A stretch of DNA of 64,000 nucleotides from Escherichia phage dhaeg. Positions 1 through 12,781 of this stretch are shown piece after piece. A model generated the notes under the pieces. It was not told the DNA's origin. It ran no database searches and saw only the letters and a list, made by a program, of their open reading frames with translations. Within the stretch, counting starts at the first letter, position 1, and the number at the start of each line of letters is the position of its first letter. Where the stretch lies: the sequence record MN850609.1. One strand, written 5' to 3'. The translations under genes were made by a program, and so were the position numbers.

Positions 1-30
1 TGCTTCGGCGATCAGTTGTTCTTTAAGCAT
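1..30 (-). CDS. 22: prohead scaffold/core protein gp22, N-terminal fragment (gene continues beyond window start)
   Basis: Reverse-strand ATG at 30-28 followed by codons for MLKEQLIAEA, matching recalled T4 gp22 N-terminus; position downstream of gene 21. Confidence 0.6.
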   Translation of the reverse strand, partial: MLKEQLIAEA

Positions 31-57
31 TTTGTAGTCCTGTTGTTTAGATAATAA

Positions 58-65
58 TATTTATA
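58..65 (-). promoter_or_regulatory. T4-type late promoter (TATAAATA) for gene 22
   Basis: Plus-strand tatttata = TATAAATA on minus strand, about 28 nt upstream of the gene 22 ATG; overlaps gene 21 stop. Confidence 0.6.
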
Positions 66-696
66 ACGCTTTTTTCATGGCCTCTGCGAGAGCCATAAAG
101 GCGTCATCGGCACTGGTATCGGTATCTACCGTTTGTGATTCTGTAATTTGTTTAGGAGTTACATAAGCATCAGGAGCAGATGGACCCCATACTGCATCAA
201 CACCGACGGTTAATTTATAACCTTCGTTTACACGCTTATATCCTTTATTGGTTTCAGTTAAAGAACCTAGACCACGAGAACTAACACCAGGCACCCAACC
301 GGCTCTAATATTAGCAGCTAGTTTATCACCAGGACCATGGTCGCCTTCAATAATACGAGCACGTCCATAAACGTCATTACCTTTCCACCACATATCTTCA
401 ATAATAATAGCGGCTTGCATAGGGTCGACGTTAGCACGAGGCGGATGATTTAATTCTCCTAAAGCTTGTTTAGTAGCAACCTGTTCTGCCATATAATCAG
501 CAACAGCTTTTTCCAAAATAGGTTTTGGATAAAGGCGTTTATTACGGTTAACCACTTCGGCTTGCATGAATATGCCTTCTATATAAAGGCCCGGGGCAAG
601 TCCAGAATCTTTTCCATCATGAGATTCCAACATCGGAACCCCATCGATAATTTCACCTGGTTGTCCCCAATGTTCGATGAGCAATTCAGGTTTCAT
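61..696 (-). CDS. 21: prohead core protease gp21
   Basis: 211 aa; near-colinear with recalled T4 gp21 (LLIE.WGQPGEIIDGVPMLESHDGKD...AEAMKKAL). Confidence 0.9.
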   Translation of the reverse strand: MKPELLIEHWGQPGEIIDGVPMLESHDGKDSGLAPGLYIEGIFMQAEVVNRNKRLYPKPILEKAVADYMAEQVATKQALGELNHPPRANVDPMQAAIIIEDMWWKGNDVYGRARIIEGDHGPGDKLAANIRAGWVPGVSSRGLGSLTETNKGYKRVNEGYKLTVGVDAVWGPSAPDAYVTPKQITESQTVDTDTSADDAFMALAEAMKKAL

Positions 697-1124
697 TAGT
701 TAAGTCCAAAGGCTTTACGTTTAGAACGAGCTTTCTTACGCTTACGTTCAGCACGTACTTGAGTAGACGGGTTAGCACGTTTGGTTTTAGACGCTTTGCG
801 AGCAATCTGACGGCGTTTTGCTTTAGACAACCCAGTCGTTTGATAAGCGTTGCGTTGACGGGTTTTAATATCTTTAGTACGAGTAAGCTCACCTTTAGAA
901 GAGACGTGCTTAACGATAAATTCGTTAAGAGCCATATTTTCATTCAAAGAGGCAATGGCGATAGCTGTATCGATATCACCATCAGCAATCATGTTCTCTA
1001 CAAGATTATTTATATCGCTTTTCTCGAGGGCTTCAGAAAGAGTAGCAAAACGTCCCTGTGCTTCTGGAATTTTGGCCTCTACGCTTTCTAGAGTTAATTC
1101 GTAATCATCAGGGATAAGGAACAT
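696..1124 (-). CDS. 68: prohead core protein gp68
   Basis: 142 aa, basic C-terminus; T4 synteny between 67 and 21. Confidence 0.8.
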   Translation of the reverse strand: MFLIPDDYELTLESVEAKIPEAQGRFATLSEALEKSDINNLVENMIADGDIDTAIAIASLNENMALNEFIVKHVSSKGELTRTKDIKTRQRNAYQTTGLSKAKRRQIARKASKTKRANPSTQVRAERKRKKARSKRKAFGLN

Positions 1125-1402
1125 TATTCGTCGTCCTCGTCTTCATCATCATCGCCGTCATCACCTTCATCCGCATCGTCAGATTCTTTTTTGTCTTTCT
1201 TATCTGCTTTATCGGATTTTTCGTCTTTATCTTCGTCTTCGTCATCTTCGTCGGCTTCTTCGCCTTCAATCATAACGGAGCGAGCAATTTCTGCTTTACG
1301 GGCTTCAATCAAAGCGGCTACTCGAGATTCGATAAGCGGGGCTGCTGCTTTACGAACTGCTACGAGGTCGTTTGATTTAATAGCTTCGATTAAATCTTCC
1401 AT
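1124..1402 (-). CDS. 67: prohead core protein gp67 (acidic tail)
   Basis: 92 aa with poly-D/E C-terminal half; T4 synteny after gene 20. Confidence 0.8.
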   Translation of the reverse strand: MEDLIEAIKSNDLVAVRKAAAPLIESRVAALIEARKAEIARSVMIEGEEADEDDEDEDKDEKSDKADKKDKKESDDADEGDDGDDDEDEDDE

Positions 1403-2976
1403 TAGAAATCCTCTTCTTCTTCATCTGGGTTTTGGAAACGAGCCTCTTTAGACTCTTCTTCAATTTGCTTAGCTTCTTGATTAATTTCTTCGTCAGTCAT
1501 CTGAAGGAAATCTTTCATAGCCGTTTGATGTGAAATATACTTACCAATAAATGGTTCAGCCATCGTTAGCATATTGATTCTGCGTTCCATGATTTCCGCA
1601 TCTTTCATTTCACTGAAATAGCTATCACGATTGAACGTAACTTTAATATTATTTATTTCCTTTTCCCACTCATCTTCTGTAATAATCTTTTTAAGAATGA
1701 GGTTTGTTTTTAACGGGTCTAGGAAAATTTCTTCAAATTTGTTTTGTAGCTGGCGAATCCATTTAGCAAATTTCAACTCATCACGAGTGATTGCTGTACC
1801 GGCATCAAACATAACGCCTGAATTAGATTCACTAGGGATACGTGACTCTGGAATACGCAGTGCACGATAAAGTGCTGTGCGGAAATAAAGAACATCATCC
1901 ATATCACTCATACCAGTAGCACCTGGCATTGTATCAACTTCTGTTACCGCTTTACCGTCACGACGTTGCAACCAATAGTCTTCAGTCATAGACATATTAT
2001 GTTGTTGGTTTTTAATTTTACCTGTCGAAGCATCATACACCACACGGTTTTTCATCGTGTTCATGATATGTTGCATTTGTGCTGCAGCCTTACGTGAAGG
2101 CATATTACCTGTATCGATATAAAACACACGACGGTCAGGAGCACGTGTAATACGGTAGATGACCATTGCGTCTTCCATCAATTTAAGCTGGTTTGCAGGC
2201 TTAATAGCACGTTGCAAATAGCCAATGATGTTTTTACCGCAACAATCTAATAATCCGGAATGTGCATAAACTACGGCAGCACGAGGAATTTTAACTTTAG
2301 TCCCGGCTGAATAAATGCGTCCATCAGCGCAATAACTTTCATGGCCTGTGTCGTAAACGAAAAACTCGCGATACCCGTCTACAATTTTAACGCCGTCTTC
2401 CATACGTGTAACGATTTCACGAATATATTGGACTTGGCGCGGGTCTAAGCGTCGAAGCTCTTGTACGCCATCTTTCATTTTTTTAGGGTTTATAATTTTA
2501 TGAAAGAATATTCTCGAGTCTACATACCAACGTTGGAAATGGTCAGTGCCTTTACGTTGGAAATTTAAAAGGTTTAAAACTTCACTAAATTCAGCCAAAA
2601 TTTTATCTTTAATTGATTGACTAAATTCCGTGCCGTCTAAATTCAATGCAACTACTTCTTTATCATCCTCGTAGACAATAGCGTCAGACACAATTTCTTG
2701 AACGGCATTGTCGACTTCATAGTTGTTCATCAAATTACGGTAGGTATCAATGAGTTCCCTGGTGTTTTTAACTTCAGGCTCATTACTACCAAACATTTGT
2801 TGCATAAGAGCATTATAAGGAATATTTTGCTCTTGGGTTTCAATTTCGCGAGCGCCATCATCAAGCTTAGGTGCAGTGACAGACTCTAAATTGTTATTTA
2901 ATTGTTGTTTATATTCTTTTTCGTCTTCATTAGCCCATGGCTTAAGAAAACTTAATATTGTATTAAAGTTTGCCAT
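1402..2976 (-). CDS. 20: portal vertex protein gp20
   Basis: 524 aa, same length as T4 gp20; synteny. Confidence 0.95.
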   Translation of the reverse strand: MANFNTILSFLKPWANEDEKEYKQQLNNNLESVTAPKLDDGAREIETQEQNIPYNALMQQMFGSNEPEVKNTRELIDTYRNLMNNYEVDNAVQEIVSDAIVYEDDKEVVALNLDGTEFSQSIKDKILAEFSEVLNLLNFQRKGTDHFQRWYVDSRIFFHKIINPKKMKDGVQELRRLDPRQVQYIREIVTRMEDGVKIVDGYREFFVYDTGHESYCADGRIYSAGTKVKIPRAAVVYAHSGLLDCCGKNIIGYLQRAIKPANQLKLMEDAMVIYRITRAPDRRVFYIDTGNMPSRKAAAQMQHIMNTMKNRVVYDASTGKIKNQQHNMSMTEDYWLQRRDGKAVTEVDTMPGATGMSDMDDVLYFRTALYRALRIPESRIPSESNSGVMFDAGTAITRDELKFAKWIRQLQNKFEEIFLDPLKTNLILKKIITEDEWEKEINNIKVTFNRDSYFSEMKDAEIMERRINMLTMAEPFIGKYISHQTAMKDFLQMTDEEINQEAKQIEEESKEARFQNPDEEEEDF

Positions 2977-3024
2977 TAGAGTCTCCGATGAATGGGATAA
3001 GGAGCCGAAGCTCCTTTATAATTC

Positions 3025-3032
3025 TATTTATA
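3025..3032 (-). promoter_or_regulatory. late promoter (TATAAATA) for gene 20
   Basis: tatttata on plus strand about 50 nt upstream of gene 20 start; followed by hairpin GGAGCCGAAGCUCC (3001-3014) in the 5' leader. Confidence 0.6.
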
Positions 3033-3033
3033 C

Positions 3034-3537
3034 TCATTCCCACCAATCGATAGCGAACGTAGATTCGAAAGTTTCTACCTCGTTGTTTGAATCCCAATCC
3101 ATCTGGACTTCACCAACGTTAGTAGGCCATAAGCCATAAATTGTAACTTCTTTAGTCACAGTCTTACCATCACGGTGGAACTGTCGAACAATTGCTTGTT
3201 TCTTATATTCTGCAGGTGCAGCACCGGTAATTTCATTGGTCATACCGTGGCAGAGGTTTTGCCAATCGACAATTGCCTGACGGGTGTCATGGGCATCATC
3301 GTTATAAATGGTAATAGTCCAATCATCAAACGTACGGTCGCCAGCTACGTTAATTTTACGGTTCATGTAGCCAACCGGTACTTTTTCTACAATGCCTGCC
3401 GGCATAGGTGCTGCTTTACATTTAAAGCTAAAGTTTTTACCAAGAAATGGAATTTCCACTTCGAAAAGGTTAGGGCGTGCAAAGTCACCTGACTCAAACG
3501 CACGAGTGATATCTGTCAACTCCATGGGATGCCTCAT
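3034..3537 (-). CDS. 19: tail tube protein gp19
   Basis: 167 aa; T4 gp19-like sequence and synteny. Confidence 0.95.
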   Translation of the reverse strand: MRHPMELTDITRAFESGDFARPNLFEVEIPFLGKNFSFKCKAAPMPAGIVEKVPVGYMNRKINVAGDRTFDDWTITIYNDDAHDTRQAIVDWQNLCHGMTNEITGAAPAEYKKQAIVRQFHRDGKTVTKEVTIYGLWPTNVGEVQMDWDSNNEVETFESTFAIDWWE

Positions 3538-3577
3538 AAGTCAGTTCCTGGCCACACCAGGAACGTTCTGATTAATT

Positions 3578-3585
3578 TATTTATA
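3578..3585 (-). promoter_or_regulatory. late promoter (TATAAATA) for gene 19
   Basis: tatttata on plus strand about 40 nt upstream of gene 19 ATG; 8-bp hairpin 3544-3564 lies between promoter and RBS. Confidence 0.6.
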
Positions 3586-3710
3586 ACAGTTGATAAATCA
3601 TATTCCTGATAGTTAATCAATCCCAGGCGCAATTCTACGTGATGTACGCTGTAACCAAACCCATGGTATAATGGTTTTAGGTTCTTTATATTACAGCCTG
3701 GGATAATAGA

Positions 3711-5693
3711 TTATACTAAAGGTCCAATCAATTCATCAAAATCAGCACCAGTGCTCGTTGCAACGAAGTTCAACGTGATGTAGTTAATAGAACGAGAAGG
3801 TTTTACGTATATATTAGCAATAAACTCGTTACGGTCGATAACCGCAGGGGTGTTCACTGTAGTATCACAAACCACACGTCCTTCATAAATCCCACCAAGT
3901 GCCTTAATACCATCTAAGTACTGAGAAACTTCCATACGGAAGCTTGAACGAGTGAAGTTATCGTTCAATTCAAACAGTTTATATTTAGAGGCATCACCGA
4001 TATTTTTCTTAAGCATGTTGAACAGACGGCGAACGTTAATGTGGTCCATCGGAGATGGAACTTTAGTTGCAGTCTTATCACCAAACAATACGAAACCATC
4101 ACCACCAGCAAAACCAACAACTGGGTTAATAGCTTCCTGGTACATGCGGTCGCGTTGTGCTTGGCGTGGTTCAATTGCCAATTTCAGAACGTTAAGAATC
4201 TGACCACGGTTATAACCAGCAGGAGACATCCAAGGCTGAGACACATCATCAGTACGTGCACACAAACCAGCCATATCAGCAGCCAGTGGTACCCAACGGT
4301 TTACGTCATTATATTTGTCATACTGATATTTATAGTTACCATCAATAGCAGCATAAGTGGTACTGATGTTCATGTTGTTGGCATCGAAATTACCAGCACC
4401 GGTACGCCAGTCAATAAGGTTATCTACTGCACGAGTCAGTGGAACGTTAACCAACAGTCCTTTAGGAGGAGAAATAAATGCTAAGCAATCCTGACGTTCA
4501 TCAGCAATACTCACAACGTGTTTCTGAACAGTAGAAGCCACTTCGTCGCCTTCACCAGCAACAGCACCGGCAATAAGCAGGTTAATATGGAGTGCTTCAC
4601 GATCGGCAAACAAATCCCAACCTTGCATCAAATCGCCTGCAGTAACTTTATCGTTAGCAGAAACACCGCCCATCAGATTAATGATACCGCTGAAGCCTTT
4701 AGGCCAGTTCAAAGAGGTAGCAAAAATATAGTTGGAAGTACCTTTAGCGAAATAGTCGTCAAGATAAATGTTATTACCGTAAACGTCTTTTTCACCTTCT
4801 TTGGTAGAAAGTACGACAGATTCTACGATAGCGCCATCGCGACGAACAATAATTGCGTATTGGTCATCTGTTTGCGGTCCGTAATTAAATACTGCCTTGG
4901 CAATAGAAGCACGGGTACCACCGCCAGGATAAATATCCAGCATTTTAGAAGAACCAGCATCATAAGCGGCTTTGGAAACGATTTCTACTTCCAGAGTAGA
5001 ACCAATTTCACCGGGATAAAGAGCCACTACGCCTGGCATAGCAAATTTCTTAAGAGAAGCTTGGAATTCAAGAGAAGTAATAGCTTCTTCACTATTCTCT
5101 GCTTCAGTCAAAAGAATACCGGAATCCGTAACAATTTTACCTACGGTAATAGTACCAGAAACACCGGAAGATGCAGAAGTAACTTCAGCGGTCCAAGCTG
5201 GGCCAAGGGTAGGATACTGGTTTAAAGAACGTGCATAAGCAATAATTTTTGCTGACGGAATAAACACGGAAAGAATTTTACCGTCTGTATCTACAGAAGT
5301 CACACGACCTTCAGATTCGACTACAGTTTGGTTATATTTAATATTGATTTTATCGCCTACTGCATAGTTGGAACCGGCCGTAGTAATAGTGGTCTCAATG
5401 TTACCAGCGATAGGAGATGCGTTTTTAGCAAATTCGCGACTAACAACACGAACTGTGCGAAGGTCATTACCATACTGGAGGAAGTTCATACCAGACATAA
5501 AGTAATCTGCTACTTCGTTATTAGGACCTCCAAATAAATCAACCAGTTCAACTTCATTAGTAATCTGAGTTACCTGGAAAGCAGGGCCCCACTGGAATTT
5601 ACCTACCAGCGCTGCACGACCCGTTGCGTTACGAACGACAGTACTCTGTACGGACGTTTCTTTGAGCTCAATGCCCGGTGATAATAAAGCCAT
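3711..5693 (-). CDS. 18: tail sheath protein gp18
   Basis: 660 aa; MALLSPGIELKETSVQSTVV... closely matches recalled T4 gp18 along its length. Confidence 0.95.
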   Translation of the reverse strand: MALLSPGIELKETSVQSTVVRNATGRAALVGKFQWGPAFQVTQITNEVELVDLFGGPNNEVADYFMSGMNFLQYGNDLRTVRVVSREFAKNASPIAGNIETTITTAGSNYAVGDKINIKYNQTVVESEGRVTSVDTDGKILSVFIPSAKIIAYARSLNQYPTLGPAWTAEVTSASSGVSGTITVGKIVTDSGILLTEAENSEEAITSLEFQASLKKFAMPGVVALYPGEIGSTLEVEIVSKAAYDAGSSKMLDIYPGGGTRASIAKAVFNYGPQTDDQYAIIVRRDGAIVESVVLSTKEGEKDVYGNNIYLDDYFAKGTSNYIFATSLNWPKGFSGIINLMGGVSANDKVTAGDLMQGWDLFADREALHINLLIAGAVAGEGDEVASTVQKHVVSIADERQDCLAFISPPKGLLVNVPLTRAVDNLIDWRTGAGNFDANNMNISTTYAAIDGNYKYQYDKYNDVNRWVPLAADMAGLCARTDDVSQPWMSPAGYNRGQILNVLKLAIEPRQAQRDRMYQEAINPVVGFAGGDGFVLFGDKTATKVPSPMDHINVRRLFNMLKKNIGDASKYKLFELNDNFTRSSFRMEVSQYLDGIKALGGIYEGRVVCDTTVNTPAVIDRNEFIANIYVKPSRSINYITLNFVATSTGADFDELIGPLV

Positions 5694-5722
5694 TTTGAAT
5701 CCTCTTGGTTATGCTTTATTGT

Positions 5723-8032
<2,310 letters not shown>

Positions 8033-8036
<4 letters not shown>

Positions 8037-8899
8037 GGGTTTCTCCTTGGTGCTGGAGGCTCTGGTTCAACAGGCACCGGAATATCTTGTGAATACGTTT
8101 GAATGGACTTACCATCCCATTCTTTTTCTTCTACGCCTCTAGGAACTACTTCGCTATCAACCGATTCAAAATTACCTTCAGGAGCGAGTTCTTTAGAGTT
8201 GGCAAAGAAATCAAGATAAATGGTTTTGATTTCGCCTTCCATTTCTTTAACAGGAGGATATAGCCATCCGTTAACCTCAAACATCATAGACCATTCTAAG
8301 CGACGACGTGAAGTGGTATCACCTTCTAATTGTTCGTCCATTGCTATAGATTGGAACACAATACGAATATCACGGTCAAATTTAATTTCGTTTGTATAGA
8401 GTTCGGTAATTGTTGTATTAAAGTGAGGTTGGAAATACGGCATAATTTGTTCCACAATCTGGAACATATCATCTTGAGTTCTAGTGTAAATACCCAGTTC
8501 AAAAATCATTTTTACTGGAGTAGGAGAATATTGGCTGACTCGTTTCCGAGGGTCTCCATTCTCAAATTGAATTTGTGTTCTATTTTGAAGAGCCGTTTTG
8601 TATTGTGAGTTATAAAGCATGTCAACCATTTGGAGGTTCATACGTGGAAGAACAGTTTCCACTTTAGCTTTTTGTTCAGCCCTTTCTTTTGGGGACATAT
8701 TAGGATTTGGGATATTTTGAACTGCGGTCCACTTACCTAAATTAGCCATAAATCTTTCTTTAGAAGCATACGTAATAGGAACCTTAATAAATTTAAGCCC
8801 TGTATCTTCTCTTTGACGTGCTACTTGAACATGGGAAAATAAATCACCCATCAAAACAATATAGCGACGTAGCGAACTATTATACCAATGTCCAAACAT
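8033..8899 (-). CDS. 15: tail sheath stabiliser / tail terminator gp15
   Basis: ORF-track start 8902 is TTG; adjacent ATG at 8899 has AGGAGG 5 nt upstream; synteny. Confidence 0.85.
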
Positions 8900-8909
8900 C
8901 AAACCTCCT

Positions 8910-8931
8910 AAAATGGCGCATAGTGCGCCAT
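8910..8931 (-). terminator. rho-independent terminator downstream of gene 14
   Basis: Minus strand AUGGCGCA-cua-UGCGCCAU followed by UUUU. Confidence 0.5.
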
Positions 8932-8938
8932 GTATTAT

Positions 8939-9712
8939 TTAATCATCTAAAAAAGCATCATCAAATGCTGTAGGAGGAGCATCTTCTCCTCTACCATTAA
9001 TCACCACATAAGGATGTACGAATTCCGCTGCTTCAGCATTAATCTCATTAACCTCTTCATATTGGATATCAGAGATATCAGCCAACCCGTCGATATTTTT
9101 AACAGGCATTAAATCAAGCTCACTGAATTCAGGAATATTAATACCTTCATTTCTCTGTAATTCAGGACGAAGTTCTTCACCATTATAAATGAACTTGGTA
9201 GCAGTAATACGACGCTGGACGTTTGTACCAACTTGATAGAACGGGTCGTAAGGTTGAACCCAATTAATTTCAAATAGACTGTTGTCCATAGGGAAATAAA
9301 TCAAGTCACCTGAAACAGGTTCAGTACCATTGCATTGATGTTTAAAAAGGTTAGGGTTAATTGTGATTGTTACTTCATCATTAACCATCATACCGAACTT
9401 ACTGAAATAAGTATTGTCACCGGAATAACCTTCAAAGGAATCTAAATAACCTGCAAACTTCCAGGCTTTAGTAAATTTGTTCTGAAGGTCTTCGCCAAAT
9501 AGCTGGTCTGGTTTAACATATTCACGTGGTATATAATAAAGCTCGATACCACGCATTTGAATAGACTCAGCAACTAAAGCATCAGCCAATGTTTGGGTGT
9601 TCTCATGGCGATAAAAGTTGACGAATGGGTTCATTATTTCAGTTTCGTTCGTGTTAGCATAGCCAGTATTATCTTCTAGCTTAGCGAATAAACTCGAATC
9701 GAAAGTAGCCAT
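8939..9712 (-). CDS. 14: neck protein gp14
   Basis: 257 aa; synteny and size match T4 gp14. Confidence 0.85.
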   Translation of the reverse strand: MATFDSSLFAKLEDNTGYANTNETEIMNPFVNFYRHENTQTLADALVAESIQMRGIELYYIPREYVKPDQLFGEDLQNKFTKAWKFAGYLDSFEGYSGDNTYFSKFGMMVNDEVTITINPNLFKHQCNGTEPVSGDLIYFPMDNSLFEINWVQPYDPFYQVGTNVQRRITATKFIYNGEELRPELQRNEGINIPEFSELDLMPVKNIDGLADISDIQYEEVNEINAEAAEFVHPYVVINGRGEDAPPTAFDDAFLDD

Positions 9713-9714
9713 AA

Positions 9715-10647
9715 TTATCCAATTAAAATAGGTGTTGGTGGGTCGAGCAAATCTAATTCTTCACGAAGACGTTCTTTTTCTAAACGAGCCTCTTCAATCA
9801 ATCGAATACCATCTACAGTGGTTCCACCTGCAAGTTGCATGCCTTGGTGTTTGGCTAGAATATTGCCATTGACTTCTTTAACCAATGCAGTGGCATAATC
9901 TTTAACCCAACGGTTATTATATGCACCGTCCTGAAGGCCGAGGTCCTCGCCTACGCGCATACCGGAAATACGACGAGATGGGTTATCCCAAATAGCACCT
10001 GGGCTCCATTCGTTTTCACCACAGGCCGAAGCATAACCATAGCCTACGGTATTTCCAACCATAGAATCAACCCCATTAAAAGAACGAGTATAAACTTCGA
10101 TTACAATAAAATCGCCTTTAACAAAGTTACCCATTACCTTCAATTGTTCAGTGGCATCGTTATACCAATAATCTGGTAGTGGAACCAAAAGGTCCTGCAT
10201 CATAGAACGATATTGCATTAGCTGCGTAAAATAACCAAGGTCGGCGCCGAAGGCATTAGGTCCGAAACTGTTACATGAAGACCCAAGCCCACCATTAATA
10301 CCAGCTAAGCCTAATACAAAATCTGTAAACCAGGGATAAGTTGCTTGCCCATCCATAGATGTTAAAGAACCAACGTTAGTTCTCAAAATTTGTGTTACTG
10401 CAAATATATTACGTCCTTTAAGGTCGAATACACCATTACGGAATTTTTCTTCATCGTCGTGGCCGATATAAAAAGCCTGATATCCTTTGTTATACCCGTT
10501 ATAATGGTATTCACCGTAGAGCTCTAGAGCACGCTGGATGCAATCATATACTTGGTCTGTAGTTACTTCAATATTTGTAATCGGTGCACCCAGGCGGCGC
10601 AGAATAGCGTCCTTGAGTTGCTTAGGGTTGAATGATTCGCTTGCCAT
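9715..10647 (-). CDS. 13: neck protein gp13
   Basis: 310 aa; synteny and size match T4 gp13. Confidence 0.85.
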   Translation of the reverse strand: MASESFNPKQLKDAILRRLGAPITNIEVTTDQVYDCIQRALELYGEYHYNGYNKGYQAFYIGHDDEEKFRNGVFDLKGRNIFAVTQILRTNVGSLTSMDGQATYPWFTDFVLGLAGINGGLGSSCNSFGPNAFGADLGYFTQLMQYRSMMQDLLVPLPDYWYNDATEQLKVMGNFVKGDFIVIEVYTRSFNGVDSMVGNTVGYGYASACGENEWSPGAIWDNPSRRISGMRVGEDLGLQDGAYNNRWVKDYATALVKEVNGNILAKHQGMQLAGGTTVDGIRLIEEARLEKERLREELDLLDPPTPILIG

Positions 10648-10668
10648 ATTTTATTCCTCTAATAACCG

Positions 10669-10676
10669 TATTTATA
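10669..10676 (-). promoter_or_regulatory. late promoter (TATAAATA) for gene 13
   Basis: tatttata on plus strand about 22 nt upstream of gene 13 ATG. Confidence 0.6.
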
Positions 10677-10679
10677 GCA

Positions 10680-10702
10680 AAAAAGGGCCGAAGCCCTTTT
10701 TA
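10680..10702 (-). terminator. rho-independent (potentially bidirectional) terminator after wac
   Basis: AAAAA-GGGC-CGAA-GCCC-TTTTT; A-tract and T-tract flank the GC stem. Confidence 0.6.
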
Positions 10703-12772
10703 TTATGGTGCTGAGTTTAAAGTCACAAAATCAGACAATAATACCCATGCGTTATCAACCAGAACGTACGGGAGTCCGTCTGCAGCAGGAGCCACCGGCG
10801 GACGTTTAGCTAATTCTGTTTCTAAGGCTGTAATTTTACCTTCGGCGGTGGTTAAACGGGTTCCTAAATCGGCAACTTTATCCGATTCAACCTTAACTGC
10901 GGCTAAATCGGACTGAAGGGTAGTTATTTTACCTTCAGCTGTTGTTACACGAGTTGTTAAAGGAGCTATTTTAGCGGTATCTAATTTAATATCAGTAATT
11001 TCGCCTTCATTAGCTGCTACTCGCCCGGTTAAAGTAACGATATCACCTTTATTCTTGGTTATATCGGCTTTAATAGGGGTTAATTGTGATTCTATAGAAC
11101 TCACATCTAAAGCCAAAGCCGTAACATCAGAATCGGTTGTATCCGTCTTGGTTTCCAATGCGGTTATTTTGCCATTAATAGTTACGTCACTTTCTTCCAA
11201 AGCAGTAATACGATTATCTTGCTCAGTGTCTTTGGATTTTAACAAAACAACATCGGCTTTAATTTCTCCTACTGAAGTGTTTAAAGCACCAGTTCTGGTA
11301 TCAAGAGAAGAAATGGAGGCGTCATTAGTATCGACTCTAGCCGTTAAGGCTGATACCTTACCATCAGTAACCAATAAAGAAGCTTTTACTGCATCGATTT
11401 CTGTAGTACCATCAAGGATTTCCGTCCATGCCGAATCCTTACGTCCATACAATTTACCATCAGTAGGTGCTTCACCCAATTTAGTAGGCATCTGAGCTTC
11501 AAGGCCTTTAACCGAGTTTATTAATCCTCGTTCTTCTACGGTACTACCGTTAGGGTTGGTTCCTTCAATTTGGTTGGTGATTTTAAGAATAGAACCTTTG
11601 ATGCCTGTTTGGTTATTACCAATTTCGGCCTGCAAATCCTGAATAGTAGAGGCTGAAGTATTGCCTTGAGTTGTAAGGTCGTTCAAACGTTTATTGATTG
11701 TTCCTGCTGCCGGACTCACATCCGCACCGATTTTACGGTCTATATCAGAAACCTGGAAACGAAGCCCTTCAGATGAACTAGCACCAACTATGGTTTTTAA
11801 CTCATTAACATCAGTACGCAAGCCGCCCAATCTGCCGTTAATAGACGTAGGGGTATCGGCAGTACCGATGGCAGTTTCTACTGCAGTAACCCTAGGGACC
11901 AATCCATTATTAACAGTGTTTTCTAAAGTAGACGTTTTAGTTTCTAATGTAGTTACTCTGGTATCAATAGAGCCCTTATTAAAGCCTATACTGGTTTTGA
12001 TAGAATCTATCGATTCATTAAAGTTTACGGCTGCCGTTTCGAGAGCTGAAATTCTAGTATAAGCAGGTTGTTTACCTACCGTATCAATATGTGGACCAAG
12101 TTCTTCACGAATTTCGTTAAGTTTAAGCCCAAGTTGACCTACATCAGAATCTTCATAATTCTTTTCAAGGGTATCTATACGTTGCGAATGGTCGACAATA
12201 GCACTGGTATTATCCATAATACGACGTTTCATACCGGTGGCTTCAGAAGTTTCACCGGGAGGAAGCGGCTGGCTGTTTATATCTTGGTTTGCATAATGGC
12301 CAATTTCTGATTTAAGAAGATTTATATTTTCTCTAACAGTGAGATACGGGCCATCTAAAGACGGGTCATAATAACCGACATCTTCTTCTAAAAAATTAAA
12401 ATTAACTGTTAAGTCGCCTAAGTCCTTTTTAGTCTCGGAAGCCTTTTCATCTACAGCCAATATATCGACACGGTTCTTTTCAATTTGCTGAATAACAGCC
12501 GTATCAGTAGAAATATCAAGGGCTTCATTAATCAAATTAACGTTATCCACAAGCTCGTTAATTTTGTCTTTAGAAGCTATGCTGTTTTCTTCTAATCTAA
12601 CTACGTTAGTTTGTACTCCTAAAGCAGGGGCATTCAAATTACCGTCGTGACCGTATTTAGTCGTGGCTCCTTCAATACATTCGCCATTGCGTATCCAACG
12701 GATACGCTCTTGGGATGCATCAGGTACACCATCGACAAACGGAAGTTCTTTAATACTCAGTTTGTCAATCAT
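10703..12772 (-). CDS. wac: fibritin (whisker/collar fibre), extended coiled-coil form
   Basis: 689 aa; N-terminus LPFVDG...RIRWIRNGE and C-terminal foldon-like ...YVLVDNAWVLLSDF resemble T4 fibritin; about 200 aa longer than T4. Confidence 0.85.
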   Translation of the reverse strand: MIDKLSIKELPFVDGVPDASQERIRWIRNGECIEGATTKYGHDGNLNAPALGVQTNVVRLEENSIASKDKINELVDNVNLINEALDISTDTAVIQQIEKNRVDILAVDEKASETKKDLGDLTVNFNFLEEDVGYYDPSLDGPYLTVRENINLLKSEIGHYANQDINSQPLPPGETSEATGMKRRIMDNTSAIVDHSQRIDTLEKNYEDSDVGQLGLKLNEIREELGPHIDTVGKQPAYTRISALETAAVNFNESIDSIKTSIGFNKGSIDTRVTTLETKTSTLENTVNNGLVPRVTAVETAIGTADTPTSINGRLGGLRTDVNELKTIVGASSSEGLRFQVSDIDRKIGADVSPAAGTINKRLNDLTTQGNTSASTIQDLQAEIGNNQTGIKGSILKITNQIEGTNPNGSTVEERGLINSVKGLEAQMPTKLGEAPTDGKLYGRKDSAWTEILDGTTEIDAVKASLLVTDGKVSALTARVDTNDASISSLDTRTGALNTSVGEIKADVVLLKSKDTEQDNRITALEESDVTINGKITALETKTDTTDSDVTALALDVSSIESQLTPIKADITKNKGDIVTLTGRVAANEGEITDIKLDTAKIAPLTTRVTTAEGKITTLQSDLAAVKVESDKVADLGTRLTTAEGKITALETELAKRPPVAPAADGLPYVLVDNAWVLLSDFVTLNSAP

Positions 12773-12781
12773 TTTATTTCC

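Noticed and set aside
4518-5225. 235-aa plus-strand ORF inside the gene 18 coding region; similar antisense ORFs occur at 11055-11495, 13098-13568, 19381-19746 and others
   Set aside because: They lie entirely antisense to long, well-supported structural genes, have no RBS or promoter context and show low-complexity composition; treated as spurious frame artefacts.
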